Positions 50,421 to 59,105 of a stretch of 64,000 bases of DNA are shown piece after piece. This DNA comes from Klebsiella phage KPN8. The stretch lies in the sequence record OP079919.1; one strand, given 5' to 3'. The notes under the pieces were generated by a model. That model saw only the letters and a list, made by a program, of their open reading frames with translations. It was not told the origin of the DNA and ran no database searches. How positions within the stretch are numbered: the stretch's first letter is position 1; every line of letters starts with the position of its first letter. The position numbers were made by a program, and so were the translations under genes.

Positions 50421-50670
50421 TTCTCAACTACAGTCCGATGTTATTAGTAAAGATCTTTGGACTCCCTGTTGATTAACTAGCGACCCAACCTCATCTCTTT
50501 GAACCTCCTTACCACGAGCGAGATAACCAAAGTAGCTAGGGATTTTCAGGGGGTTCAATCCCCATTTTCGTTAATCTTATTAGACCCACTGTCCTAAGCC
50601 CATGAAGCCTTGAAATCTCTCCTGTAGCAGACAAAGTTTTCGTTCGGTGGGATAGATTAACGTTTTTATT

Positions 50671-50755
50671 CACGTCGTATTATCTGATGAGTCTTCGACG
50701 CTAAACAAGACGAAACCTAATGAATCTATTTTATTAGGTCATAATTCAACCTAAG
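50671..50755 (+). ncRNA. candidate type I hammerhead self-cleaving ribozyme
   Basis: UAUUAU-CUGAUGA(50684-90)-GUCUU(50691-95)-11 nt loop-AAGAC(50707-11)-GAAA(50712-15)-CCUAAU(50716-21)-11 nt loop-AUUAGG(50733-38)-U-C^AUAAU(50741-45). All invariant core positions are present, including the G10.1-C11.1, A15.1-U16.1 and C15.2-G16.2 pairs and the GUC cleavage triplet. Stem I is AUAAU pairing with AUUAU. Confidence 0.55.
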
Positions 50756-51400
50756 CGTTGAACGGGCAGTTAGGGGCAATGGTCCCCGAGGTCTTCAGCT
50801 TCTTCGCCTGCCCGCACTAAAAAGTTCTTTCATGATTAGGCGTGCCGCGCTCTACGAGCGGACAACAAGCAACCGAAAGTGGGAGAGAAAGAAGCGTGTC
50901 CGGTCGCTTGCCGGAAAGTTGGTTCAGGCGGGTTTCTTCCCAACCCAAACGACGCTGCCCAAGATAGGGCTGCAAGTCGTATTAGCGTATTATACCGGTA
51001 TGCGGGGTTTCTGCGATAAACCGGGTTAGCTACGGGTAAGAAACCGGCCGGAGTAATCAGCCTTTCGTATTCGGGTAACGTGAGTTATCGTAGAGATATC
51101 TCTGAGGGTTAGGCCAACCCCCGACGTTCTTCGAGTACGAAGGGAAGCTTGCTCAGCTTCGTAGAAACTCCAAAATCTCAGACGGTCACACCTCGCAATC
51201 TTACGGCAGTATGATTGCCTATTCGTCCTTTGTCGCTCACCAAGGGGCGAGTAGGAAACCTCTGCCACGGCGTTTCGATTGTTTGCCTTTGCCATAACCC
51301 TCCTGTATAGGTTGAGTGTTAACTTCCCCAAGAGTATAACCTGTTATCTCTCTCTTCGTGAGGAGTCGGAGATAATGGGATAAATTCTTAGGAGTTCGTT
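50741..51400 (+). ncRNA. GC-rich ORF-free structured region (candidate large ncRNA or long structured leader), unclassified
   Basis: About 52-55% GC against roughly 44% around it; many local hairpins (GGGCAG...CUGCCC, GGGGCAAUGGUCCCC, CGCUCUACGAGCG); only short, Arg-rich ORFs that look spurious. It lies between the predicted hammerhead cleavage site and the 62-aa ORF and terminator. Confidence 0.3.
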
Positions 51401-51589
51401 ATGTACACATACCAGTATACCGTGCGATACCGAATACCTAATTCTGTGTTTACGACTTACAGCGGAGAAATTACTTCTGACTGTTTGCTCAATAACGCTA
51501 ATCGCATTTTTGATGTCTTGCGTACTGAAGTTCTTAAAGCTGTTAACGTTAACTCGTTTAGCATTACGAACTTTAAGCTGAAAGAATAA
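51401..51589 (+). CDS. small hypothetical protein (62 aa)
   Basis: Strong TTAGGAGTTCGTT-ATG ribosome-binding context; terminator about 170 nt downstream. Confidence 0.5.
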   Translation: MYTYQYTVRYRIPNSVFTTYSGEITSDCLLNNANRIFDVLRTEVLKAVNVNSFSITNFKLKE

Positions 51590-51759
51590 GTCGAGCTACG
51601 CGCTCAACCTACCTTAGGGCCGGAAGTAGTTACGACTTAGGGGGAAAGAAGAGTCGTGCCTTTGAGTACCCCAACCCCATTCGTGTGGTGATCTTCCACA
51701 TCATCCCATGGATAATGCTGCATCATCATCATTAAAGTTCTACCATGAATTTTATTCCT

Positions 51760-51792
51760 TCCAGTAGGGTTCGTCCCTACTGGACTTTTTTC
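51760..51792 (+). terminator. rho-independent terminator closing the ncRNA/small-ORF transcription unit
   Basis: TCCAGTAGGG-TTCGT-CCCTACTGGA followed by CTTTTTTCG. Confidence 0.75.
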
Positions 51793-51922
51793 GCGTTTTA
51801 TTTATCGGCACATATAAGGTTATAGAGGAACTAGATTTTTTGAGTTCTAAATTATGGTAATGTAAAGCAAAAGATAATGCTTTCCATTCCAACTATCATA
51901 ATTTCTTTTAGGAGTTTCATCT

Positions 51923-52885
51923 ATGAGCACATTACGTGTTTACGCGTGCGGCGGTACCGGTATTAATATTGCGTCTAAATGGATTGCCACCGGTGCGAAT
52001 ACGCTTATTCGTAAAGCCCAGTTCATTGGACTGGATAGCAGTGAAAACAACAAACCGTATAACGACGCCTTTAAGGTCGAACGTCCTGAAGGAACTCGTG
52101 GCGGTGGCAAAGAACGTAAGCTGATCGGTAAAATCGCTGCTGGGTTTATTGACAGTATTTTGACCAAACATAAACCGGGCGATTTCAACCTGATCATCAT
52201 GAACGCGGCTGGCGCTACCGGGAGTACGTTCGGCCCGACTCTGATCAACCGTCTCCTCACCCAGGGCGTTCCGGTCATTGCGTTGGTCGTAGGTGACCTG
52301 ACTTCTGAACTGGAAAACTACAACACGGTTAAAACGTTTGAAAGCCTGGACAACCAGCGCATCAATCTGAACGTGCCGGTTATCATCGACTACGTGGACA
52401 ACGCCAAATATCCCAGCCGTGGATTGGCCGACAAATATGCCATCGGCCGTCTTGATATCCTGAGCCTGTTCTTAACCGACGAACACGAAGAAAGCGATTT
52501 CCAAGACATCCGGAACCTGTTCTATTACAACCAGGTTACCAAGGCGGCGCCTACTCTTGCTCGTATCGACTTCTTGACCGATACTCAGTTAGACAACGTT
52601 ACTCCGGGGCTGGTTGCTGAATTTGGTTTGTATCGTAAAGCGGACGATATCGGTAGCCATATTAAAAATCTGGCATACCGTTCGACCGGCGTTATTCAGG
52701 AAGGTAGCACTAACTTCCCGGCTGGAATAGAACATCTCCACATGGTCTTTGACCACGATGCGACGATTAAAGATATCTTGGTTCTGGTCCAGGATCTTAA
52801 AGATATTGAGATCCAAAATAACGAACGTTTTAAATCCGCTCAGCAGGTTGGAAACGGCGGCGATGATTCTGGAATGTCCTACTAA
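51923..52885 (+). CDS. phuZ: PhuZ-like phage tubulin (TubZ/FtsZ superfamily GTPase)
   Basis: VYACGGTGINIA (G-box), GTRGGGKERK and NAAGATGSTFGP (tubulin signature-like); its 320-aa length matches PhuZ. Confidence 0.8.
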   Translation: MSTLRVYACGGTGINIASKWIATGANTLIRKAQFIGLDSSENNKPYNDAFKVERPEGTRGGGKERKLIGKIAAGFIDSILTKHKPGDFNLIIMNAAGATGSTFGPTLINRLLTQGVPVIALVVGDLTSELENYNTVKTFESLDNQRINLNVPVIIDYVDNAKYPSRGLADKYAIGRLDILSLFLTDEHEESDFQDIRNLFYYNQVTKAAPTLARIDFLTDTQLDNVTPGLVAEFGLYRKADDIGSHIKNLAYRSTGVIQEGSTNFPAGIEHLHMVFDHDATIKDILVLVQDLKDIEIQNNERFKSAQQVGNGGDDSGMSY

Positions 52886-52894
52886 GTAAAACAA

Positions 52895-52946
52895 TACTGC
52901 TACAGCCCTTCTATGGGGCTGTAGCAGTAGTTCTTTATTTTTTGCA
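52895..52946 (+). terminator. rho-independent terminator after phuZ
   Basis: TACTGCTACAGCCC-TTCTAT-GGGCTGTAGCAGTA followed by GTTCTTTATTTTTTG. Confidence 0.8.
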
Positions 52947-52999
52947 TCTATCTATAGGTCTAACTAAAAAACCGCCTATAAACCTTTACAGGAAGCTTT

Positions 53000-53305
53000 A
53001 TGATAAAAACAACCAGAGTGGTTAAAACGTTGAGTTTTCGCGAATATCATTCTGTGATACTTAATGTCGATAGTAACGTTGCTACAGCAGAAAGGTTGCT
53101 CCTCAAGGAGGCTTTAATCGAACACGGTTATCAGATCGACGACGGTTTACCTGAGAGCTATCCTCTTTATCCAGAATCACTAAGGGAATTCAGAGATATG
53201 TTGAAGGCCAGTATCGAACACATAACTTTGGGGATTCCCACAAACGCCAAGGTCGAATATATCAGTCCTACTCTTGGACTCTTCAATATCATTTTTACTT
53301 ACTAA
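53000..53305 (+). CDS. hypothetical protein (101 aa)
   Basis: ORF after the terminator at 52895-52946. Confidence 0.7.
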   Translation: MIKTTRVVKTLSFREYHSVILNVDSNVATAERLLLKEALIEHGYQIDDGLPESYPLYPESLREFRDMLKASIEHITLGIPTNAKVEYISPTLGLFNIIFTY

Positions 53306-53321
53306 CAGCAGGTGAGCTAAT

Positions 53322-53891
53322 ATGTACTCAGTGGGATCAGAATGGCTTAAGGACCAAATTTTAACATTTGGTTATTCGGTAGGAGAAACGTCTGATGGAG
53401 ATCCTAAGCAGTTAACAAGTTTTATCCGACCTATTGTGGATGGTGTGGTCGAGGCATTGAATGCTGACGACCCTGACGACATCTGGGATATCATCAGACG
53501 TTTTGAGCGGGCAATGTCAGGCAATTATGCTGTCGAGTCTATCTTCGACTTTCTTACCACCAATGTAAGAAAATTGGCTAAGCGATCTGGTTACGACCCC
53601 AGGGTGAAGTTTAGAGTCAGAGAAGTCAGAGTCGGGCACCGGATAAATTTTGTTTTTGAAATGGACCTCGACGCAACAATAGCCGCGGTTAATTCCCTCA
53701 ATCAAGAAATGCTGGAAGAAGATCTCGATGAAATTGTTTCCGATCACCCAGGAGTTGACGTACTTCAAAAACTTGAAAACGTTAGGAAAAGGGAACTACA
53801 AGAAAAACTTAATTCCTTTACACGAAATGTACTCGGAGTTCGTGTCGTACCAGCGGGAGCTAGCAGACGTTACCTTAATAAAGGAGTCTGA
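53322..53891 (+). CDS. hypothetical protein (189 aa)
   Basis: ORF; its last ~55 codons overlap the next ORF in the +1 frame. Confidence 0.65.
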   Translation: MYSVGSEWLKDQILTFGYSVGETSDGDPKQLTSFIRPIVDGVVEALNADDPDDIWDIIRRFERAMSGNYAVESIFDFLTTNVRKLAKRSGYDPRVKFRVREVRVGHRINFVFEMDLDATIAAVNSLNQEMLEEDLDEIVSDHPGVDVLQKLENVRKRELQEKLNSFTRNVLGVRVVPAGASRRYLNKGV

Positions 53892-54264
53892 TCTAGAAAT
53901 CGTTTTTGGCGGATTGATACAGTACGTTATGGATGAGTTCCCCTTATCTGTTCGGTGTATAACTTTTGATCAAACTTCTTTCGATAAAAGGATAGCGAGA
54001 AAACATTATTCCTCGGAAGTACTTGAGGAAATATTGGATGCAATGAAATGTGTAATAGCTAAACATATTTATGCGCTCACTCCTAACACTTTGATTAGAA
54101 AGCCCGTGTTTTATCATCTGATTAATACTCGCGTATTGGTGATCCATATAAGTGATTACGATCTAAGAGAGCCTGACAATGCATCGTATCCTCGTTCCAG
54201 TAAAACCCATCGCGGACGCAATGACGACCTTCCAACTCCCCGAGATTGGCGCGATGACACATAA
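53728..54264 (+). CDS. hypothetical protein (178 aa); long +1-frame overlap with the upstream ORF
   Basis: ORF with a 164-nt overlap with 53322..53891; no start codon found after the upstream stop. Possible frameshift or sequencing indel. Confidence 0.5.
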   Translation: MKLFPITQELTYFKNLKTLGKGNYKKNLIPLHEMYSEFVSYQRELADVTLIKESDLEIVFGGLIQYVMDEFPLSVRCITFDQTSFDKRIARKHYSSEVLEEILDAMKCVIAKHIYALTPNTLIRKPVFYHLINTRVLVIHISDYDLREPDNASYPRSSKTHRGRNDDLPTPRDWRDDT

Positions 54265-54547
54265 CCAGTTATTAGAAATGATTGTGAAATTGAGCTTAGA
54301 AGCTCGTTTTAAATCTTACGGGCTTTCTGGTGCGATTGATATCATCAAGGATTTAATCTACGCGTTTAAACCGAAGGATTCAGTCCCAGACATTCTATTG
54401 GGTTTTTATCTCCTCCCGGGAATGGTCGCATTAACGGAAGAAATGACTGCGATTGAGAAAGCCAGGGATGTTTTCGGATGGGACCTTTATTGCCCTAACA
54501 TGAAGTCACAACATATCGTCGTCTATGCGGGAGAACCACGTGCCTAA
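54254..54547 (+). CDS. hypothetical protein (~97 aa; the track ORF starts at 54179)
   Basis: Internal ATG overlapping the upstream stop by 11 nt; the longer 54179 start overlaps by 86 nt in the +1 frame. Confidence 0.5.
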   Translation: MTHNQLLEMIVKLSLEARFKSYGLSGAIDIIKDLIYAFKPKDSVPDILLGFYLLPGMVALTEEMTAIEKARDVFGWDLYCPNMKSQHIVVYAGEPRA

Positions 54548-54872
54548 GATAACTATTCAACTTGCAATACCGCCGGGAACCGATGTGGAAGGATTTGTTT
54601 CTGCATATGGCAGTCTCTTAAGAGCACATCGGATTAAATGTAACATCCCTAGTCAGGATGTTCAGCTTAACCATCCGTTGGAAGAAGCCCGGGAACAAAT
54701 TCTGGGAGACTTCCAACGTACCAACTCCCAGCTTCAGTCGATCAGCGCTAAATACGCAGACGTCTCTGTGTCCAATGTTCTTTCAGACGGGCGCAAGATG
54801 ACTATCATTTTAGCGTGCGACAGACCCAATAGTGAGTTCATCAATGCGGATTTCTCACACCAGTCTCAATGA
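54525..54872 (+). CDS. hypothetical protein (115 aa)
   Basis: ORF with a 23-nt overlap with the previous one. Confidence 0.6.
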   Translation: MRENHVPKITIQLAIPPGTDVEGFVSAYGSLLRAHRIKCNIPSQDVQLNHPLEEAREQILGDFQRTNSQLQSISAKYADVSVSNVLSDGRKMTIILACDRPNSEFINADFSHQSQ

Positions 54873-55161
54873 AGAAGCTTTCCTGGAGGCCATCAAACAA
54901 ATTTATTTGAGAGATGACCCCCTTCCTTCTGATCAGACAATTTACGAAGTCGTTTCCGAATGGGTTGATGATCTCTTTCAAAATGGTCATGTGGAAGAAG
55001 ATGTCATTGATCTTTTTCTGGACGGACTCCCACCTACAGAGCTTTTGAAATCTGTAACGGTGCATCCTCTTTTTAGGAAGCGGGTGGTTTATTCCGTTAA
55101 TCCTTTAAATGGTATGACTGAAACTGTGGGCTTCCCCTTAATCATTCTGGAGTACGTATGA
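54832..55161 (+). CDS. hypothetical protein (109 aa)
   Basis: ORF with a 41-nt overlap with the previous one. Confidence 0.55.
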   Translation: MSSSMRISHTSLNEEAFLEAIKQIYLRDDPLPSDQTIYEVVSEWVDDLFQNGHVEEDVIDLFLDGLPPTELLKSVTVHPLFRKRVVYSVNPLNGMTETVGFPLIILEYV

Positions 55162-55571
55162 CCATTAGTGTGAAGAACGGGGATATTGTTAGTTTTTCCC
55201 TGGTACAAGCAAACATCATCAACAACGATTACACCAACGTAACTGTGTTAGGTCACGTAATGTTCGATGTTGCTCGAGGGCACGATCCTGAGCTCCGCAA
55301 TAAACATTACAATCTTTATCCGTACTTCAAGGATAAAGTTAATAATGTGGACGATCCCAATTACGCTGACGGTTATTTGGTCTTAAAGTTAGCCAATGGC
55401 GCACTCAGTCCCATTGGGATCCCTTGGATCAACGAAGATACCTTTGAGGTCATCAGCGGAGAAACCCGTGTTTACACATTCCCTACCTGGAAAAGTAAAT
55501 ATGAGTCAAGTCTGCATGAGCTCTTGGCTAACCTCGGCGCCGAATATTCTTATACCAGTACTAAAAAATAA
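55158..55571 (+). CDS. hypothetical protein (137 aa)
   Basis: ATGA overlap with the previous gene; followed by a 14-bp hairpin terminator. Confidence 0.75.
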   Translation: MTISVKNGDIVSFSLVQANIINNDYTNVTVLGHVMFDVARGHDPELRNKHYNLYPYFKDKVNNVDDPNYADGYLVLKLANGALSPIGIPWINEDTFEVISGETRVYTFPTWKSKYESSLHELLANLGAEYSYTSTKK

Positions 55572-55574
55572 ACC

Positions 55575-55630
55575 GTTACTCTCATCCCTAATGGGATGAG
55601 AGTAACCTCTTTTATTATTATTTTTTTATT
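55575..55630 (+). terminator. rho-independent terminator
   Basis: GTTACTCTCATCCC-TAAT-GGGATGAGAGTAAC followed by CTCTTTTATTATTATTTTTTT. Confidence 0.8.
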
Positions 55631-55690
55631 GCCGTTCCTTTTTATTAGACGAAAACAATTTTAAATTTTAAAGTGAAACGGAGCTTAAAG

Positions 55691-57775
55691 ATGACTGAGA
55701 CTTTTTTAAGTCCGTTTGTTGATGACGATTACAGTGCCGATAGGAATATCGTTAAACACTATCATGAACAAATGGCTTTGTATCTTGGTAAAAAGCGCAA
55801 TGAAGATCCTAAAGCTATTTACGAAGTACTTTCTAAACACATCCAGCCCAATCAAAACGGCTATAAAGATCGTCGTATGCAGGTTTTAGTAAAAAACAAG
55901 TACGGCGATAGAGAAGTTAAAGTCATGACGGCATCTAATTTCTTTAATGAAGTTAGACGTCAGAACTGTCATCTCAGTCCCAGTATGGTTGCTTACAAGA
56001 ACACTGAAGAAGAGCAATCCGTTAATGCAATCGGGACAGAAAAATTTCTTAGCCTTCGGTCCCACTATAAAGGGTTAAAACAAAAGGCCAGTGACGAAGG
56101 TGATGAATGGGGTAAGAAGGCTTTCCACGAAATTCAAAACGCCTTGAAAATATTCAACAACGCCCAATCAGGCGCAATGTCATCCCGTGGGACTCCTCTT
56201 GTTAATAAGTCAGGTCATACTGCTCTGACTAGTGCTTGCCGTGCTTTGACCAGTACCGCTAACATGTGTAATGAAAAGTTATTGGTCGGTAACCGATTCT
56301 TTAACTCGTACGAGCGAACGATGGAGAACTTACTGTCGTTGCTCTCAGTTACTGACATTAAGCGAATGGACGAAGTCATCAAGAAACTGAAGATGAACTA
56401 CGCGACCATAGACCAGGTTATGGAAATGGTCAAACGTTGTTCTCGTCGGTATTGGAGAGACGTTAAACAACTCGGCTACATTAAAGAGTTTTTGGAGCAA
56501 CTTCGTCCGGTTGAATTAACGGCTTTGCTTTGCAATATGGATATCGAGGGATTGAGGGTTACGAATAAAGAAATCCTTTATAAATTCTTTGATGACTTCT
56601 CTCATATACCGGAAGTTCCAGAAGGCGCTAAGGCTGAAGATTATACTCCGCCTGATAACGGAGACCGATACACGCTTTGTGTGTCTAAACTCTTAGCGAA
56701 ACCAAGCAAAGTTCAGTTAAACTTTTTAAACCAGTATCATCTGGAAATGGAACATAAGTGGAAAGACTTTATTGAAGTCTTCTTTAAATGCTCCATTCCT
56801 CCATCGGGCATTTATGAAATCAGGGATATGATCCGAGAGGTAGTTCAAACCTCAGATACCGATTCCTCGATTTACACCGTAGATAAAGTCGTAGAGGATT
56901 ACACCGACGAAAAAGGACAATCGTTGAGATTGAATGGGGTTCTTACTTACTTCATTCGAATGATAGCGGTTCATCAGCACGCTCAGTTAAGTGAAAACAT
57001 GAACGTTGCTAAACGCTACCGTAATCGTCTGACGATGAAGAACGAGTACTTGTTTGGAGGATATGTTACAACATTAATGTCAAAACACTATTTTGCCACA
57101 CAGCTGATGGTAGAAGGGGTATTGAATAAAAATGTTGAAATGGAAATTAAGGGTGTTCACTTAAGGAGTTCTAAAGTAGCTCATGAGATAAAGGATTTTG
57201 CACACAAACTCATGAGGGAGATATTGGATTGTATCTATGACAAACGTCAGATGGATGCAGCCGATATTCTCTTTAGAGCAGCAGAGTTAGAAAGGGCCAT
57301 CATTAAGGATATCAACGAAGGCCAATGGGGTTGGCTAACACGCAACACGATAAAGAGTGACGACGTGTACACATTGCCGGATCAATCAGTGTATCAATAC
57401 CACTTACTCTGGGAGGAAGTGTTCTCCCCTAAATACGGACACGCTCCACCACCACCCTATTCTGCTATGAAAGTTAACCTTGATTTAGGTAATAAAGGTA
57501 AGGTCGAAGAGTTTTGTAAGAATCTGGAAGATAGAGAACTTGCAAATCGTTTATTAGATTTCTTCGTTAAGAAAGAGAAAAAAGAAATCAGTACGTTCTT
57601 TGTTCCTGCTGACGTATTACCAAGATTAGGCAAGTTACCCGATGAAGTTATTAAAGCCGCGGATATCCGACAGATCATTAAACAGAACTTAAAATCCGTT
57701 TATGCTGTGTTGGAAGCCTGTGGGCTGTATATTGTTAACGATAAAATAACGCGTTTAATTAGTGACGAACACTAA
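55691..57775 (+). CDS. putative family B DNA polymerase palm/thumb fragment (divergent or split)
   Basis: SDTDSSIYTV (56852-56881) resembles Pol B motif C (YGDTDSIYV), AKRYRNR about 48 aa downstream resembles the KKRY motif, and NSYE is a possible motif B remnant. No exonuclease motifs or motif A found. The ATG at 55691 with a GGAG leader is preferred over the GTG at 55673. Confidence 0.4.
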   Translation: MTETFLSPFVDDDYSADRNIVKHYHEQMALYLGKKRNEDPKAIYEVLSKHIQPNQNGYKDRRMQVLVKNKYGDREVKVMTASNFFNEVRRQNCHLSPSMVAYKNTEEEQSVNAIGTEKFLSLRSHYKGLKQKASDEGDEWGKKAFHEIQNALKIFNNAQSGAMSSRGTPLVNKSGHTALTSACRALTSTANMCNEKLLVGNRFFNSYERTMENLLSLLSVTDIKRMDEVIKKLKMNYATIDQVMEMVKRCSRRYWRDVKQLGYIKEFLEQLRPVELTALLCNMDIEGLRVTNKEILYKFFDDFSHIPEVPEGAKAEDYTPPDNGDRYTLCVSKLLAKPSKVQLNFLNQYHLEMEHKWKDFIEVFFKCSIPPSGIYEIRDMIREVVQTSDTDSSIYTVDKVVEDYTDEKGQSLRLNGVLTYFIRMIAVHQHAQLSENMNVAKRYRNRLTMKNEYLFGGYVTTLMSKHYFATQLMVEGVLNKNVEMEIKGVHLRSSKVAHEIKDFAHKLMREILDCIYDKRQMDAADILFRAAELERAIIKDINEGQWGWLTRNTIKSDDVYTLPDQSVYQYHLLWEEVFSPKYGHAPPPPYSAMKVNLDLGNKGKVEEFCKNLEDRELANRLLDFFVKKEKKEISTFFVPADVLPRLGKLPDEVIKAADIRQIIKQNLKSVYAVLEACGLYIVNDKITRLISDEH

Positions 57776-57820
57776 GCAGTAAATACTTTCGCTCCTTTAC
57801 GGGAGCGAGAGTATTAGCGG

Positions 57821-58933
57821 TTACCGAGATAATTTATTTTGTTTTAACATGGCGGTGACTTGTTCTAAGTATTGTACTTGTAACGGCCCCGGAATGAAAT
57901 GTTTAATCATCCCTTTAATATCTTGCTTGGACCAAACATCGATATGACCATTCACCGTCCCCATTGCGTTGAAGCTTTTATTATTGAGTGCCAAACTAAG
58001 CGTCAATAACTTCATTATTGGGAATTGCCAAATGGCGTTTGTTTGACTATATCGATTGTATCTCTTCGCATCTACAATGAGAGGGTTGACATCCATCGTC
58101 ATAAAGTCGCCTATTCTCTGTATGACGTGTTCAGGAGAATAGCTCGGTGTTAGCGTTAAAGTCTCGACCAAGAAGGTTAAGAATCCTTTGAGTAGTTCAC
58201 CCACTGGATTGATATTGAACTCCCCCTTGACTACCGTTAATTGGTCGTCGATGTTCTCACCGTTAACTACGACGTTATAGAGCGAATTGAATACACTCAA
58301 TTGATGCTGCAAACACCTTGCGTTGATTAGAGGAGTGCCGGCTAAATAACGATGAGGATCTAATCCAGTTTCTGATCCTTCAGCTAACCGTTCGTTAAGG
58401 TAACGCCAATACCCTATACCCAAAGCCGTGATATCCACCCCTATTACTGCAAACCCGCCATAATTCATCGGATCGTTTTTGAGAGAAGTGGTATTAGTGT
58501 AACGGATGTCCGTCTCGGTGCTAATCAGCGGGATGATGCTGCAAATGTCTCTTTCGTCTAAATCGAAATAATCATCGAGATTATCTTTAGCCGGATAAGA
58601 GACCAACATTTCAGTCAACCCATTCGCGTACATCACGTTTTGTTTTACGACACCTTTATTGTATATAGACGTGATTCCGATAGTCGACGCCCAACTATCT
58701 ACTTGCATCTCGATCATTGCTTTAAGGTAGGTGGGATCCCATTCAGGTTGAATGTTCATTAATGAAAGTAACTGAACCAAAGGATGTTGGTTCTGTAAAA
58801 CGTAGGTGGTATTGTCGTTCCGTGCGATCCACTGATTACGATTAAAATCCAAGATACGTATTACATTACTGAGCCTACCATATTTATAGACGGCAGGACG
58901 ATGATCGGTTGTTATTAATTTTAAAGGTTTCAT
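57821..58933 (-). CDS. hypothetical protein (370 aa)
   Basis: Minus-strand ORF divergent from the capsid gene. Confidence 0.8.
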   Translation of the reverse strand: MKPLKLITTDHRPAVYKYGRLSNVIRILDFNRNQWIARNDNTTYVLQNQHPLVQLLSLMNIQPEWDPTYLKAMIEMQVDSWASTIGITSIYNKGVVKQNVMYANGLTEMLVSYPAKDNLDDYFDLDERDICSIIPLISTETDIRYTNTTSLKNDPMNYGGFAVIGVDITALGIGYWRYLNERLAEGSETGLDPHRYLAGTPLINARCLQHQLSVFNSLYNVVVNGENIDDQLTVVKGEFNINPVGELLKGFLTFLVETLTLTPSYSPEHVIQRIGDFMTMDVNPLIVDAKRYNRYSQTNAIWQFPIMKLLTLSLALNNKSFNAMGTVNGHIDVWSKQDIKGMIKHFIPGPLQVQYLEQVTAMLKQNKLSR

Positions 58934-59105
58934 TGTAGTCCTGTTAGTAACTCAGTATTATGTTATTACATATATCTATTATATGTAAACAAACACACCT
59001 CTCCGAAAGGAGGGGAGACCAATGCCGCGGAGTAAAAATCCGTTAAGCATAAAATCGATCAGTTTTTACCACCCCTAAATAATTTCAGACCGATATTATT
59101 TAGGT

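Noticed and set aside
50549-50573. tRNA/tmRNA-like T-arm GGGGGTTCAATCCCCA
   Set aside because: Only 3-4 bp of T-stem pair correctly. No acceptor-stem partner, D-arm or anticodon arm could be built, and there is no CCA. It is probably a chance GTTCAATCC match.
50832-51331. ORFs 50832..51029 (+) and 51026..51331 (-) in the GC-rich tract
   Set aside because: Arg-rich, with no ribosome-binding site and mutually overlapping; they look like by-products of high GC content rather than genes.
50421-51400. Group I or group II intron
   Set aside because: No P7 or R/S-like elements (AGACUA), no GUGCG 5' end or recognisable domain V, and the region is intergenic rather than interrupting a gene.
55673-57775. 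Chimallin (phage nucleus shell) assignment for the 700-aa ORF on the basis of size
   Set aside because: The DTDS and KRY motifs point to a Pol B palm/thumb instead. I have no sequence-level evidence for chimallin.
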